A DNA stretch of 64,000 nucleotides from Deltaproteobacteria bacterium (GTDB taxonomy: Bacteria > Myxococcota_A > UBA9042 > DTJE01). Both the position numbers and the translations under genes were made by a program. The notes under the pieces were generated by a model that had not been told where the DNA came from, made no database searches, and was given only the letters and a program-made list of their open reading frames with translations. The stretch is taken from NCBI GenBank assembly GCA_029555025.1, contig JAKPTZ010000004.1, positions 3,373 to 67,372 of the forward strand, written 5' to 3'. Shown here piece by piece: positions 47,701 to 57,335 of the stretch (the first letter of the stretch is position 1; each line of letters opens with the position of its first letter).

Positions 47701-50340
47701 CTTTTTCAAAGCCTCAAGAAACAGATCCCATCCCTGGTTGTGCAGACCGATATCCGCAAGCGCCATGCACGCGTCGCCACACGACGGGGACTTGTCCGAA
47801 GGGTTCCTTCTGCAGATCTTGCGTGCCGTGTCCAGGGCGCCCTTCGTGTCGCCGGCAAGCCCGGCAAGTTCGATCAGCTTCAGCGCGCCCTCCGGCCTGC
47901 GGCCGAGCATCCTGACGGCAAATTGAAGCGCAAGATCCAGGCGACCGGCGCCGACCAGCGCATCAACGACTTCGAAGACACGCCTGCTGTCCCACAAGCG
48001 ATGCGCCCGACCGTCGTCGTCCGAGTACACCAGGCTCTCCGGGCTGCTTCCGACCGCCGCGAACTTGAAAAGCGGATCCAGGTTTATCTCCGACGAAAGC
48101 CCAAGCCTCCGCAGCGTGTTAACCAGAATCGGATAGGCCTGTGGCCTCATGAAACCGGATGTTTCCGTGAACGATCTTTTGAGCCATGCCGCGGCATCGG
48201 CGATTCGACCGGCCTTTGAGTACTCCGATGAAACGGCGACCGCGATGGAACCGTTGTCGGATTGATCCCTGACGGCCTCCTCAAAGAATCTGGCGGCATC
48301 CGGCAATTTTCTCGAAACCAGCGCGATCCGCCCCTTCAGCACGCTTACGCGCCAAAGCGCATCCGCACCGACGGCCTTCGCCGCAACGTCCAGGGCATCG
48401 GCGGCCAGGTCAAGGAACCCCCCGGAAATAAGTCCCTCGGACAGTTCCAGGTAGTTGTAGTCATCGACGACAGGCCCCGCCAGAAATACGGGCAGGTACT
48501 TCCTTACGCATTCTCGCTCGCCGATTCGCAGGCATGCGTCGGAGAGCCGCCTGGCAACGCCAGGTGGAAGGTCGGCCACGCCGGCCTGCGCGGCGACCAG
48601 GAAGGCACCGCCGAAAAACCTTGCCGCAAGGAACCGGTCAATTGCCTGCACAACCGCGGCACTTGACTTTCCCCCGACAAGGAACATCGTTCCAAGCGCG
48701 TCAACGGCATCGTCTTCCTGCCCGTTGTCCAGGTAAAGATCCACCAGCCGCGCAAGTGGCGCCGGGTTCCCGGGCTCGCGCGCCGCCAGCTTCCGGTAAG
48801 CCAGGATTTCTATCTCGGGCGGCAGTCCAAGATCCTTCACAAACCGGGCAATCGCCGCCACCACGTCGTGATCGTCCCCCGCTGACTCGAGGGCCGCCCG
48901 AATCTCACCGGGGATATCGCCTTTCATGACCCCGGCCTTTATCAACCTTGCCGCCATCAGATGGTTTCTGGAACGTGCCTGCTCGTCCGCGGCGATGCCG
49001 TTCGGCCTTCCCGCCGCAAGAATATCCGCGGATTCCCTGAGTCTGCGGGCATCGAAGAAGACCTGGGAGAGCCTGACGGCAAGGGATTCCCTTCGACCGG
49101 CTCGATTCACGGACTCGTTCGCGGCTCGAATGGCCCCATCCCAATCCTTCCTGCCGACAAGGGAAGAGACCCGCAGAAACGCGATTTCATCCGCATTGGA
49201 GGAGCCGGCGGGGGCCAGGCCGTTGAATGTGTCAAGCAGCTTCAGACAGAGACTGAATTTCCTTTCAGCCAGGAAGATCGAAGCACCCTCGACCAGTCTC
49301 TCCACATCCGGCTTGGCTACGCCCGCCACGCCGCCCCTGGGACCGTCGATTGGATCGCCCCTGACCCACGCCGCCATCGAGTCAACGGCGGCATCTTTCT
49401 CCCCGGCGGCCATCCAGAGCTTGGAAAGAACCAGGAACGCCCGCCCGCGATCCTTCATGGAAGCCAGGTTGCCCCTTGCGAACTCGGCCGCCTGGCGCTT
49501 CAGGCCATTACGAGACATGGCCCCCGAAATCGTCTCCACATCGGCTCCGACGCAGCGCTTAAGGCAACTTTCAGCCGCGCTGCAAGCCCTGTCGGGTGCC
49601 CCGGACTTCGCGCACGCCTGGAGCACGATGCCGAGTTGTTCCAGATCGGAAATTCCACGCTCCTGCATTATTGATGCAATCGGTAATGCCGCCTGGAACA
49701 GATCGTGGCTGAAGAATTCGCGAATCACGAATATGGCCGTGCCCGGGCCCAAGTCGGCCACGGCAAGCTTCTGGCCCAGGGATGTCGCGCAACCGGCATC
49801 ACCGGCGTCAAGGCAGTTGGAAAATATCCTTCGCTGAAGTTCCGGACTGTCCCCGCCCTTGTCGGCGGCCATTTCCAGAAACATGCCCGCCGATTTGAAA
49901 CGCGCGCCGGCAATCAGCATGTCGGCTGCCTTTAAGGCAATTGCCGCAGCATCGTCGCCACTGCCGGCCGAACCGACCGCCGCCGACAACCAGCGCTCGG
50001 CGGGAACCATGTCGCCCAGGCGCGAGGCCGCCTCGGCGCACAGGAATAGTGCTTCGCCGGGGAGTTGGCGCCTGGACTCGAGTGACTGGCACACGACTCC
50101 GCAAGCCAGAAACTCGCCCATCGACATCAAACCGCTGACGAACATGGGAACATCTGGACACTCCAGCCCGGATTCGGGGCCGCATCCATTCGCGGCGACC
50201 CGCCCCGCCGTTGCCAGAAGAGCCGTCGCCGATCCGGGCGGATCGACGATTTCCGCGGCAGGCGCGCGCGATGGCGCGACCAGCGGCAGTATGAATGCGA
50301 TTTGAATTGCGGCGACGTTCAGTCTGTGAAGGAAAGGCAC
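44698..50340 (-). CDS. Giant (1880 aa) exported TPR/alpha-solenoid protein
   Basis: Signal-like N-terminus; Ala/Leu-rich helical repeats; C-terminal NNLAY...YLETEAWALFK TPR motif; ATGA overlap with cdsA. Confidence 0.75.
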   Translation of the reverse strand: MPFLHRLNVAAIQIAFILPLVAPSRAPAAEIVDPPGSATALLATAGRVAANGCGPESGLECPDVPMFVSGLMSMGEFLACGVVCQSLESRRQLPGEALFLCAEAASRLGDMVPAERWLSAAVGSAGSGDDAAAIALKAADMLIAGARFKSAGMFLEMAADKGGDSPELQRRIFSNCLDAGDAGCATSLGQKLAVADLGPGTAIFVIREFFSHDLFQAALPIASIMQERGISDLEQLGIVLQACAKSGAPDRACSAAESCLKRCVGADVETISGAMSRNGLKRQAAEFARGNLASMKDRGRAFLVLSKLWMAAGEKDAAVDSMAAWVRGDPIDGPRGGVAGVAKPDVERLVEGASIFLAERKFSLCLKLLDTFNGLAPAGSSNADEIAFLRVSSLVGRKDWDGAIRAANESVNRAGRRESLAVRLSQVFFDARRLRESADILAAGRPNGIAADEQARSRNHLMAARLIKAGVMKGDIPGEIRAALESAGDDHDVVAAIARFVKDLGLPPEIEILAYRKLAAREPGNPAPLARLVDLYLDNGQEDDAVDALGTMFLVGGKSSAAVVQAIDRFLAARFFGGAFLVAAQAGVADLPPGVARRLSDACLRIGERECVRKYLPVFLAGPVVDDYNYLELSEGLISGGFLDLAADALDVAAKAVGADALWRVSVLKGRIALVSRKLPDAARFFEEAVRDQSDNGSIAVAVSSEYSKAGRIADAAAWLKRSFTETSGFMRPQAYPILVNTLRRLGLSSEINLDPLFKFAAVGSSPESLVYSDDDGRAHRLWDSRRVFEVVDALVGAGRLDLALQFAVRMLGRRPEGALKLIELAGLAGDTKGALDTARKICRRNPSDKSPSCGDACMALADIGLHNQGWDLFLEALKKHPERISGRDAAALVSMAVRKGDGDVALQAARLLSPEIYKNATRIEDVWPVLPELLGRDRWTSLLADLAAREDMAIDGRILVEAGINLIIAGRREDGLALVQKYSAEGPRMLGVAFMHLVTAGLFRDAVGLLEGARDELVAGMTQQDLFVILSSFASRGDLAGAGAFASRYVRASGGSLDAGRAAAFASLAYTDATSVIADIEKVGIDGLALRERIQYAAMLWAIGERDRAVGEFRKVLESDGEPEEISAYRRFVFGFLESEAAADVISGLFQDRPRALRVGQRTELEEMLQASSDVALPGDAALKRARAAFFRVVRGVRTISFKDKGKERTDLVNYIRQEARRGTASVLAREALERRGASFAQTALLAACLAGEDKMLDQAIDRLVPTSIGATDMPGGETAAAVDVLTVADLLFQCGRWRSAVEAAVGYLQMFDLDVNDMSRAVHIAVKGALLARIPNRVTPDFIAKITDDQLMRFSLESAVARAAGDPESDVRAASVGLSLMKEQSSLFLDSTLASIRAGQVDGLDARVWSITESLPFPGRHVPVVVATLLDFFQPRLARDFVLRAGDRYGWTIDRLSELFKARVETGDEAGAIETAGRILAMHADQTRSATVLLAYAAASLRYRVAFHLADGLLALNGGKVAGGLPPDVFDQVASSVQSFYRIDPACDRGARLLDFALLNARDREGACGQLVGRAFGAGPGDSGFIQAVQATFLDGRCSAAFLKDQLADLLDARASGPKSVRFRNSYPDEGWMKLMNQAVRAAMIEGRIRDALDWCELGFGRLGSVSDRVTLVQAVIEYIGDQTSVWSQDRAIAADFALRAIDVPGTDPTRFILLYSQILGMADTEGNGAAVFGVMENEIGISPSSPTNRNNLAYTLSIFGHGKARALDQIRVASELGGMDRGAYLETEAWALFKYGQIHKALQIQLQARRFWSRSDSGLGLAECFNHLGTIQLALGLRADATESFRLAVANGENWGWHSILSMRRLDELGFFEVVNR

Positions 50341-50397
50341 CGTGTCACCCCCGCTTTCTGGCGCGTGACGGCCTTCAGGGGCGTCACGGGAAACCTG

Positions 50398-51876
50398 TCA
50401 TGACTTGGCTTCGCGGGTATGCGATGAGTATCCGGCCTCCGGCGGAACCGGGTAACGTCCGGAGAAACACGCATCACACCAGCCGTTGCCGGATCCCTGG
50501 GATACGACGCGGTGCATACCCTCGATTGACAGATAACCAACGGAGTCGGCCGTTAATTCCCGCGCGATAAGCCTGTTGTCATGAAGCCTGGCCGCAATCA
50601 GTTCCTCGCGGCATGGCGTGTCGATGCCGTAGTAGCAGGGCCACCGTGTCGGCGGCGAAGAAATCCGGAGATGAACCTCGCGGGCTCCCTTGTCCCGAAC
50701 CATCTGAACAATCTTCGCCGATGTCGTGCCGCGAACAATCGAATCGTCGACCACGACCACGACCCGGTTCCTTATCGTCGCCTCGACCGCGGCCAGTTTC
50801 AATTTGACGCCGAAATGACGAATCTTCTGTTCAGGCTCGATGAAAGTGCGTCCGACATAGTGGCTGCGGATAAGGCCCATGTCGAACGGAATGCCTGATT
50901 CCTTTGAGAATCCGTTGGCCGCCGACGTGCCGGAGTCCGGCACCGGAATCACTACATCGCCGTTCGGAACTGGCGCCTCGCGCGCGAGCTGGCGTCCGAA
51001 TAGCGACCTGACCTCATAAACCTGACGCCCGAAAACGATGCTGTCTGGGCGAGCGAAGTAAATGTGTTCAAACACGCACTGGGCCAGACGTGGCGCCCGA
51101 ACCGGGAAATGGCTTTCCCGGCCGCCGCGCGTGACTACCAGAATCTCGCCGGGCTCGACTTCCCGCTCGTATGTGGCGCCAATCAACGAGAGAGCCGTGG
51201 TCTCCGATGCCACAACCGTCGCGCCTTTCAGATTGCCCACGACAAGGGGACGGAAGCCGTACGGATCCCTGACCGCGACCATTTCGTCCCGACCAAGCAG
51301 AACCAGCGAATACGCACCCCTTGCGCTTTCCATCATGGCCGCGACGCGATCGTGCAGCCTGGGCGCGGTGTGGGCGGCCACAAGCTGAAGCAGCACCTCG
51401 CTGTCGGACGAACATTGGAACAGGTGCCCCCTGTTCATCAATTCCCATTTAAGTGTGTTGGCGTTGACGATGTTGCCGTTATGGCAGAGTGCCAGATCAC
51501 CGCCCGCATACTGGCAATTAATCGGCTGCGCGTTAAGCAGCGACGATGAGCCGGCCGTCGAGTATCTGACATGGCCGACGGCGCAATCGCCCGGCAGTCC
51601 GGCAAGAACCTCGTGCGAAAATATGTCGCCGACAAGGCCCATCTGCCTGTAAAGAAACATCTTGCGGCCGTCCCACGTCGCGATGCCGGCGCTCTCCTGG
51701 CCCCGGTGCTGCAACGAATGAAGCCCCAGATACGCCAGTGTCGATGCGCCTTCGTGGCCGAAAATTCCAAACACTCCGCACTCGTCATGAATGCTTTTCA
51801 AGCTGGACCTCTTGTAACTGTAGCTGTGGTTTCCAGTCCGGGCGCCGGCGAAAGCCGGGCCCTGTTCCGGCGTCAA
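50398..51876 (-). CDS. purF: Amidophosphoribosyltransferase (Fe-S, propeptide type)
   Basis: ECGVFG, LQHRGQESAG, GHVRYST, HNGN, CVFEHIYF, VDDSIVRGTT, CYYGID, CDACF; start codon uncertain. Confidence 0.96.
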   Translation of the reverse strand: MTPEQGPAFAGARTGNHSYSYKRSSLKSIHDECGVFGIFGHEGASTLAYLGLHSLQHRGQESAGIATWDGRKMFLYRQMGLVGDIFSHEVLAGLPGDCAVGHVRYSTAGSSSLLNAQPINCQYAGGDLALCHNGNIVNANTLKWELMNRGHLFQCSSDSEVLLQLVAAHTAPRLHDRVAAMMESARGAYSLVLLGRDEMVAVRDPYGFRPLVVGNLKGATVVASETTALSLIGATYEREVEPGEILVVTRGGRESHFPVRAPRLAQCVFEHIYFARPDSIVFGRQVYEVRSLFGRQLAREAPVPNGDVVIPVPDSGTSAANGFSKESGIPFDMGLIRSHYVGRTFIEPEQKIRHFGVKLKLAAVEATIRNRVVVVVDDSIVRGTTSAKIVQMVRDKGAREVHLRISSPPTRWPCYYGIDTPCREELIAARLHDNRLIARELTADSVGYLSIEGMHRVVSQGSGNGWCDACFSGRYPVPPEAGYSSHTREAKS

Positions 51877-52439
51877 CCGGGCTGCGCCTGTGAATCCCCC
51901 CCGGATTCGTCCGCCGACTCTTCGTCCGGCGATCTCGAGCCCTCGAGAGGCATCGGGAAAATGGCTTCAAGTTCGCAGGCGATGTCGTCCTGCGAACCGT
52001 TGGTGGCGACCGAAATTTCCTCCACCAGAAGAACCCTGGCGGTGTCGAGCAACCTCTTCTCCCCGAAGGAAAGAGGCTTTTCGTTGCGAAGAAGGCACAG
52101 ATCCCGAAGAACCTCGGCAACGTCGAAGACGGAGCCGGTCTTCAGCTTTTCCAGGTACCCACGGTAACGCCGGTTCCAGTTCTGGCGGGTAAGCCGCTGC
52201 GGCTTGGCCTTCAGCAGGCCGAAAACCTGCGGAACCTCTTCCTCGGCGATGACCTGCCTCAGGCCGACCGACATGGCCTTCGACAGCGGAATCATGATCC
52301 GATGCTCGGAATCCATCAGCTTCAACATGTAGAAAGTCTGCTTGCTTCCGCTGACTTCACGGCTTTCGATTCCCAGAACCTCGGCCACCCCGTGCGCGGG
52401 ATATACGGCCTTGTCACCGACTCTGAAATTATCGAACAT
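51873..52439 (-). CDS. carD: CarD/CdnL family RNA polymerase-binding regulator
   Basis: FRVGDKAVYPAHGV, GLR, NWNRRYR, AEVLRDL, LSFGEKR; GGAGG RBS. Confidence 0.92.
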   Translation of the reverse strand: MFDNFRVGDKAVYPAHGVAEVLGIESREVSGSKQTFYMLKLMDSEHRIMIPLSKAMSVGLRQVIAEEEVPQVFGLLKAKPQRLTRQNWNRRYRGYLEKLKTGSVFDVAEVLRDLCLLRNEKPLSFGEKRLLDTARVLLVEEISVATNGSQDDIACELEAIFPMPLEGSRSPDEESADESGGDSQAQPG

Positions 52440-52471
52440 CGAAAACCTCCAAGGATATCCTGGGATACCCA

Positions 52472-53419
52472 TTATTTTGCCTGATCGTCGGCCGGCTCGC
52501 CCCCATCGCCGGGTTTGGCATCGTCAGCCGGCTTCGGTTCCCCCGCCGGCCCCGCTGCCCTGGCCGCCTCCGCGGCCTCCTTTTCCTGTGTGGCCTTTTC
52601 GGCCTCGGCCGCCTTCTGGATTGCTGTCCTTGAACCGGCCATTATCTTCTGGACGTCGTCGCGGTTTCGCGCAGTCGTGAAACGATCCAGATAGTCCGTT
52701 GATTCCCTGACCGCCATCTCGTGCCTTCCCGCCGCCGCCAGGGCGCCGATATAAGCGTACCTGACCTTGTCGGAATCCCGTGTGGAAGGAATATCCTTCA
52801 TCAACTGTTCAATGCGCAGCAGCGCGCCTTCCGGCTTCTTGCGGGTCATATTGAACCGCGCGACTTCCATCTCGAATGACGAGACGATATCGACCATCCG
52901 CCGCCGCATCTTCAGGACCTGCGAGCAATACGGACTGTCGGGAAAATTGGCCACGAAGGACTGAATCGATTTCAGCGCGGATCGTACCGGCTTCTGATCC
53001 CGCCTGTCCGATGGCGGAACCAGAAAGAAATCACCCGAGATGGACTGCACCTTGCTGTCCGCGAGACGGAAATATGCGTAATGCAGGTTTGGATTGCTTG
53101 TATTCGTGTTGATAAAGGCCACGTAGGCCTTGCTGGCCTCCTCGAACATGTTCTGGTAGTACAGCGTGTCCGCAAGGCGGAGACGGGCCAGCCTTGAATA
53201 TACGACGTGGGAAGGCGCGCGCGACGCAAGGCTGAAACTCTTGAAGGCGGCATCGAAATCGCCCTCTTTCATTGAGTTCATTCCGTCGTGATATGCCCGC
53301 CTGGCAACCTCAAGAGTTGTTGAAACGGTACTTCTGGCCTGAACCTGCGGCTTCTGGGACGCGCATCCCGCACCAGCGAAGATTGCAACAAAAATCAGTA
53401 ATTTCGAAAAGTTGTGCAT
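52472..53419 (-). CDS. bamD: Outer membrane protein assembly factor BamD-like lipoprotein
   Basis: Lipobox GAGC; ARLRLAD.LY, YAYF, RDQ, FPDSPY, EMEVARF. Confidence 0.8.
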   Translation of the reverse strand: MHNFSKLLIFVAIFAGAGCASQKPQVQARSTVSTTLEVARRAYHDGMNSMKEGDFDAAFKSFSLASRAPSHVVYSRLARLRLADTLYYQNMFEEASKAYVAFINTNTSNPNLHYAYFRLADSKVQSISGDFFLVPPSDRRDQKPVRSALKSIQSFVANFPDSPYCSQVLKMRRRMVDIVSSFEMEVARFNMTRKKPEGALLRIEQLMKDIPSTRDSDKVRYAYIGALAAAGRHEMAVRESTDYLDRFTTARNRDDVQKIMAGSRTAIQKAAEAEKATQEKEAAEAARAAGPAGEPKPADDAKPGDGGEPADDQAK

Positions 53420-53553
53420 TTAGTAAGAAACACCTCAGCCGAAAGTATCTTATCCCGTCGAACCCCCGAATGTCAACCGCCACGCCCCCGCACTTTTGAA
53501 AATCACGCCCCTGTCGTAGCATATGCCGGACTTAACCCGCGTCGGTGAGCTTA

Positions 53554-55410
53554 ATGGCTGAAGGCATGTCGGGAATCGCTTGCGTCTGCGATCCTTCGAA
53601 CCGCGGCCGGTGGATGACGGCCTTTGAATCCGCCGGCGCGGGGCGGCTTGGAATCCGGGTCATCTTTCCCGGTTCCGGTTCTTTCGTTCCGGAACCTGGT
53701 CGATGGCTGGTTTTCCTGGATACGTGCCCGATTGGGATTGAGTCGATCCTGTCACGCTTTCCAATCGGGGACTCGACTGTTGCCACGGGCCTGCTGCGAT
53801 CGGCGCCCCCCGGCTTTCTTCCGTCAGGGCTTCCAATGTTCGCTGCCGACCGGATACGCGCGCTTCCACCATTCATTTCGGGCCGCTGGTTCCGCGCCAT
53901 CGCCTCGGCCGCGGCTCAGGGGCACATCGGCAGGCTGGCGGCACTTACCCTGCGTTTCGGTCCGGCCGAACACGAATCATCCCAGGATCCGGATTCTCCG
54001 GCAGCCCGCGCGGCGCTTGTCGTCAGCGGACTGACGGGACGGCGGATTCGTTTCAATGCATCCCGGTCAGGCGCCTCCGGTTCACCCGCGCTGGCCACCA
54101 GGCTTGAAGGCTCCATCGACGGGATTGATGTTCCGGTGTCCTTTGAAATCAATCCGGCGCCTGCCCCCCTGGTGGTGGAAGTCGTGGGAGTATCCGGCAG
54201 GATCATCGCGGTTCTCGACGGTTCGGGCGCCGACGTGATTCTCGAATCGGGATCCGGCCGCGACACGATCTTTCACGGACGCCTGAATCCGTTCGATGAC
54301 GCGGCATCGGCGATCGTTGCCGGCTTGTCCAGGAACTCGACGTCATTTTTCCCGCTTTCAACCGTCAACTCGGCCCTTGATTCACTTGCGGCGATGTCTG
54401 GCGCCGCATTCTCGACGTCATTGCCGGGTATCCGGACGGGGAACATGCGGACGGACTTCATCGCGAACGACTTCACTTCGTCCGACGACGTTTCAACCGG
54501 TTCCGGGACGATTCGTGAATTGAAGGTCTTCGTTTCGGACGCATGCAATCTGAACTGTCCGTTCTGTTTCTCCCGCTCGCCCGAAAAGGCAGCCCCTTCG
54601 GTCGATAGCTTCCGGTCCGTCTTCAAGGACGCCGTCGCGGCCGGGTATGATTCCGCCCTGCTTTCCGGCGGCGAGCCGACACTCAATCCGGATCTTCGCG
54701 ATATCGTCGTCGCCGCCCGGAACGCGGGAATGCGTTTCGTGGGGATCGAAACGAACGCAATTCTTCTGGACACGCAGGGGGCGGCCGCCGAACTCGCATC
54801 GGCAGGACTTGACAGGGCACTTGTCTCCTTTCATTCGATGGATCCGGAAACGCTTGTCGCGCTCACCGGCTCGCGCACGTCGCTGCCAAGGGCCATCGGT
54901 GGTATCCGCGCTCTTCTTGATGCCGGAATCCAGGTCAACATCAACTGCGTGACCACCGCGTTGAATTACCGGGAGCTTCCGGAAATCACGACATTCCTTT
55001 CCGGGCTGCGTCCGGCAATCAGCCAGATGGTCCTCAGCTTCATGGCCGGCCTCGGTTCGGCCACGGATCACCCCGAACTCTATCCGCGGGTTTCAGACGC
55101 GGCTCCATTCCTCAGGCGGGCCATCGAAATCGCCTCGTCCTCCGGTATCGACGCGGTCATCCCTGGCCAGTGCGGCCTTCCCCAGTGCGTGCTTCCCGAC
55201 AAGCTAGATCGGTTCTGCAACCAGCAGCTCGCGACGGCATCCCCATCCTGGACGGCGCCGGCGCTGGAAGGAAAGGTCTTTGCAGCTTCCTGCACCGAAT
55301 GTCGTGTTCGCCGCTGGTGTTACGGAGTCTGGAAGGTATATGCGGACAGGCACGGACTGGAGGAATTCAGGCCGATCACTTCGACAGGTGTTTCCGGTAG
55401 CGCTCCATGA
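53554..55410 (+). CDS. Radical SAM protein (HxsC-like) with long N-terminal extension
   Basis: CNLNCPFC, SGGEPT, ETNA, GLPQCVL, CTECRVRRWCYG; start uncertain (53545-53566). Confidence 0.83.
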   Translation: MAEGMSGIACVCDPSNRGRWMTAFESAGAGRLGIRVIFPGSGSFVPEPGRWLVFLDTCPIGIESILSRFPIGDSTVATGLLRSAPPGFLPSGLPMFAADRIRALPPFISGRWFRAIASAAAQGHIGRLAALTLRFGPAEHESSQDPDSPAARAALVVSGLTGRRIRFNASRSGASGSPALATRLEGSIDGIDVPVSFEINPAPAPLVVEVVGVSGRIIAVLDGSGADVILESGSGRDTIFHGRLNPFDDAASAIVAGLSRNSTSFFPLSTVNSALDSLAAMSGAAFSTSLPGIRTGNMRTDFIANDFTSSDDVSTGSGTIRELKVFVSDACNLNCPFCFSRSPEKAAPSVDSFRSVFKDAVAAGYDSALLSGGEPTLNPDLRDIVVAARNAGMRFVGIETNAILLDTQGAAAELASAGLDRALVSFHSMDPETLVALTGSRTSLPRAIGGIRALLDAGIQVNINCVTTALNYRELPEITTFLSGLRPAISQMVLSFMAGLGSATDHPELYPRVSDAAPFLRRAIEIASSSGIDAVIPGQCGLPQCVLPDKLDRFCNQQLATASPSWTAPALEGKVFAASCTECRVRRWCYGVWKVYADRHGLEEFRPITSTGVSGSAP

Positions 55411-56182
55411 CCCTGGCCACATAGTTTTCACATGACCTCGGGACGACGTTGCCGGCCTTCTGCACGTTGCCTGCGCCGGTGTAGTACGCCGCGATCACAA
55501 GTTCATGATTGCCGTCGAAACGATCCGAAAGAAGACGCAGCAGCTTGGCGCCGGCCCTGACGTTCTGTTCAGGATCGAACGGGTTGTCCAGATTCAGATA
55601 ATCGGCGGTAACCGGCATCAACTGCATCAGGCCCTGGGCGCCGACAGGCGAGACCACATCGGGATTGAACCCGGATTCGACCTCGATTACCGCGTACAGA
55701 AGCGCCTCCGGAATTCCGAATTCGGCGGCGGCGGCCTTCACCATCCGATCGAGTCCCTCCACCCTTTCCGGGCCACGCTTTGAAGGACCGGGCACGATCT
55801 CCTCGGATGAAACGACGCGACGAACCTGGGCCGACGAACCGCCGCCGGACGCAGCCGAATCCTGCCGCCCGCCGCTGCCTGACTGTTCGTCCTCGGTGCG
55901 GTTGAATATGTACCAGACGCCATTCTTTTCGCACTTGTAAAAGACCGAGTTCCGGTATCTCTGCACGACGCACTTCGAGCCCTTCGGTTTTGACGGCTGG
56001 GCGTTGAAATCAAGATAGACCGAGCACTTCTGGCCGGGCTGCTTCTGGTTGAAAAAGCCCTTCACGCCGTCCTTGCCGACGCACTCGTAGAAGGTATCTG
56101 CCCGCGCCGCGCCCTGCGCGCACAAGGCGACCGCGAAGACGAGGACGAAGGCCGTCGGCCAGACCGGTCTCCCCCGGGTCAT
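55376..56182 (-). CDS. Lytic transglycosylase (SLT domain) with signal peptide
   Basis: AVIEVESGFNP, GAQGLMQLMP, DPEQNV, AAYYTG. Confidence 0.9.
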   Translation of the reverse strand: MTRGRPVWPTAFVLVFAVALCAQGAARADTFYECVGKDGVKGFFNQKQPGQKCSVYLDFNAQPSKPKGSKCVVQRYRNSVFYKCEKNGVWYIFNRTEDEQSGSGGRQDSAASGGGSSAQVRRVVSSEEIVPGPSKRGPERVEGLDRMVKAAAAEFGIPEALLYAVIEVESGFNPDVVSPVGAQGLMQLMPVTADYLNLDNPFDPEQNVRAGAKLLRLLSDRFDGNHELVIAAYYTGAGNVQKAGNVVPRSCENYVARVMERYRKHLSK

Positions 56183-56183
56183 G

Positions 56184-57308
56184 TCAGTTCCTTTCCCCAC
56201 CGGTGCCCTCAATGTCGTTCAATCCGATTGCAAACGCCTTCCGGAAGGAAACCTGGCCCTTCAGGATGAACCATCCGCCAAAAATCAGGAGCTGGAGCAA
56301 TTGAAGCGTCCACACCGTAAGCGCATAGGCCAGGCCCGCGGGGTTTCCCGCCTCGATGCCGTAAAGCTCCATCGGCTTCAGAAGAAAGTACCAGAAAGAC
56401 CCGATGTTGGCCGGAGCATTCGGAATCATCATCCCGACCACGATCGTTGACATCATCGCGAACGCTCCGATCAGGGGCACGCCCAGCGGAACCCAACCCG
56501 CGCTCGAATTCACCTGGAAACCGCTTGCCAGCAGGAACAGCCCGAAGCCGTTCGAGCACCAGTAGGCAAGCGACATCAGAAGAAACAGAAGAAAGTTCTT
56601 GAAGTCGGGAAATACCGACAGTCCGAACATGAATCGATCGACCATCCCGGCAATCCTGCTTGCCGCCCCGGTTCCCGGAAACCTGCCGGCCATGCCGTGG
56701 ATCACGACCGACAGCCTCTTGCGGAAGGCAAACATCAGGATAAGGACGGTGACCGCCACACCGAAAATCACGAGCGTGATATACGTTCCGATCCTGATTT
56801 CCAGATATGAATCCAGGTTCGACTTCGGCATGAAGAGCAGTGCCACCGCAAGGAATCCGGCGACGATGATCCCATCGACCACCCTTTCAACAACGATCGT
56901 CGCCAGCGCGGCCGATCTTCGGATGGGTGCCTCGGTGGATACAAGCATCGGACGAACCAGTTCGCCAAGACGCATCGGAAGCAGGAACACCGCCATGTTT
57001 CCGACGGAACAGACCCGGTTCAGGGTCCAGAAATCGACGTGTCCCAACGGTTTCAGCAAAGGCTGCCACCGCCAGAACCTGAACAGGTGCAAGGAAAGAA
57101 GAGTCAGGAAATAAAGGAACAGAGTCAGGAACGATACGCGCCAGCCGTCGGTGGTAATCATTCCGTCGGCAATTCGGATCCCCCCGGCGGCGATTGATTC
57201 CACCGGCCAGTCCCGGAATGCCAGCCACACGAAAAGACCACCTATGGCGACCGAAACCGCCCACTTCAAACCCGTATTGAATTTCCTTCTGGCAGTGCCC
57301 ATCTTCAC
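56184..57308 (-). CDS. Lysylphosphatidylglycerol synthase TM domain (UPF0104 flippase-like) protein
   Basis: RWQPLL, LPMRLGELVR, ATIVVERVVD, PNAPANIG; multi-pass membrane. Confidence 0.85.
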   Translation of the reverse strand: MKMGTARRKFNTGLKWAVSVAIGGLFVWLAFRDWPVESIAAGGIRIADGMITTDGWRVSFLTLFLYFLTLLSLHLFRFWRWQPLLKPLGHVDFWTLNRVCSVGNMAVFLLPMRLGELVRPMLVSTEAPIRRSAALATIVVERVVDGIIVAGFLAVALLFMPKSNLDSYLEIRIGTYITLVIFGVAVTVLILMFAFRKRLSVVIHGMAGRFPGTGAASRIAGMVDRFMFGLSVFPDFKNFLLFLLMSLAYWCSNGFGLFLLASGFQVNSSAGWVPLGVPLIGAFAMMSTIVVGMMIPNAPANIGSFWYFLLKPMELYGIEAGNPAGLAYALTVWTLQLLQLLIFGGWFILKGQVSFRKAFAIGLNDIEGTGGERN

Positions 57309-57335
57309 CAGTCAAGGCGTGGCGCCCGGCTCCGG

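Noticed and set aside
40342-55410. His-Xaa-Ser or other RiPP precursor for the two radical SAM genes
   Set aside because: Intergenic gaps near both genes are short and contain no convincing small ORF with an RBS or HxS repeats.
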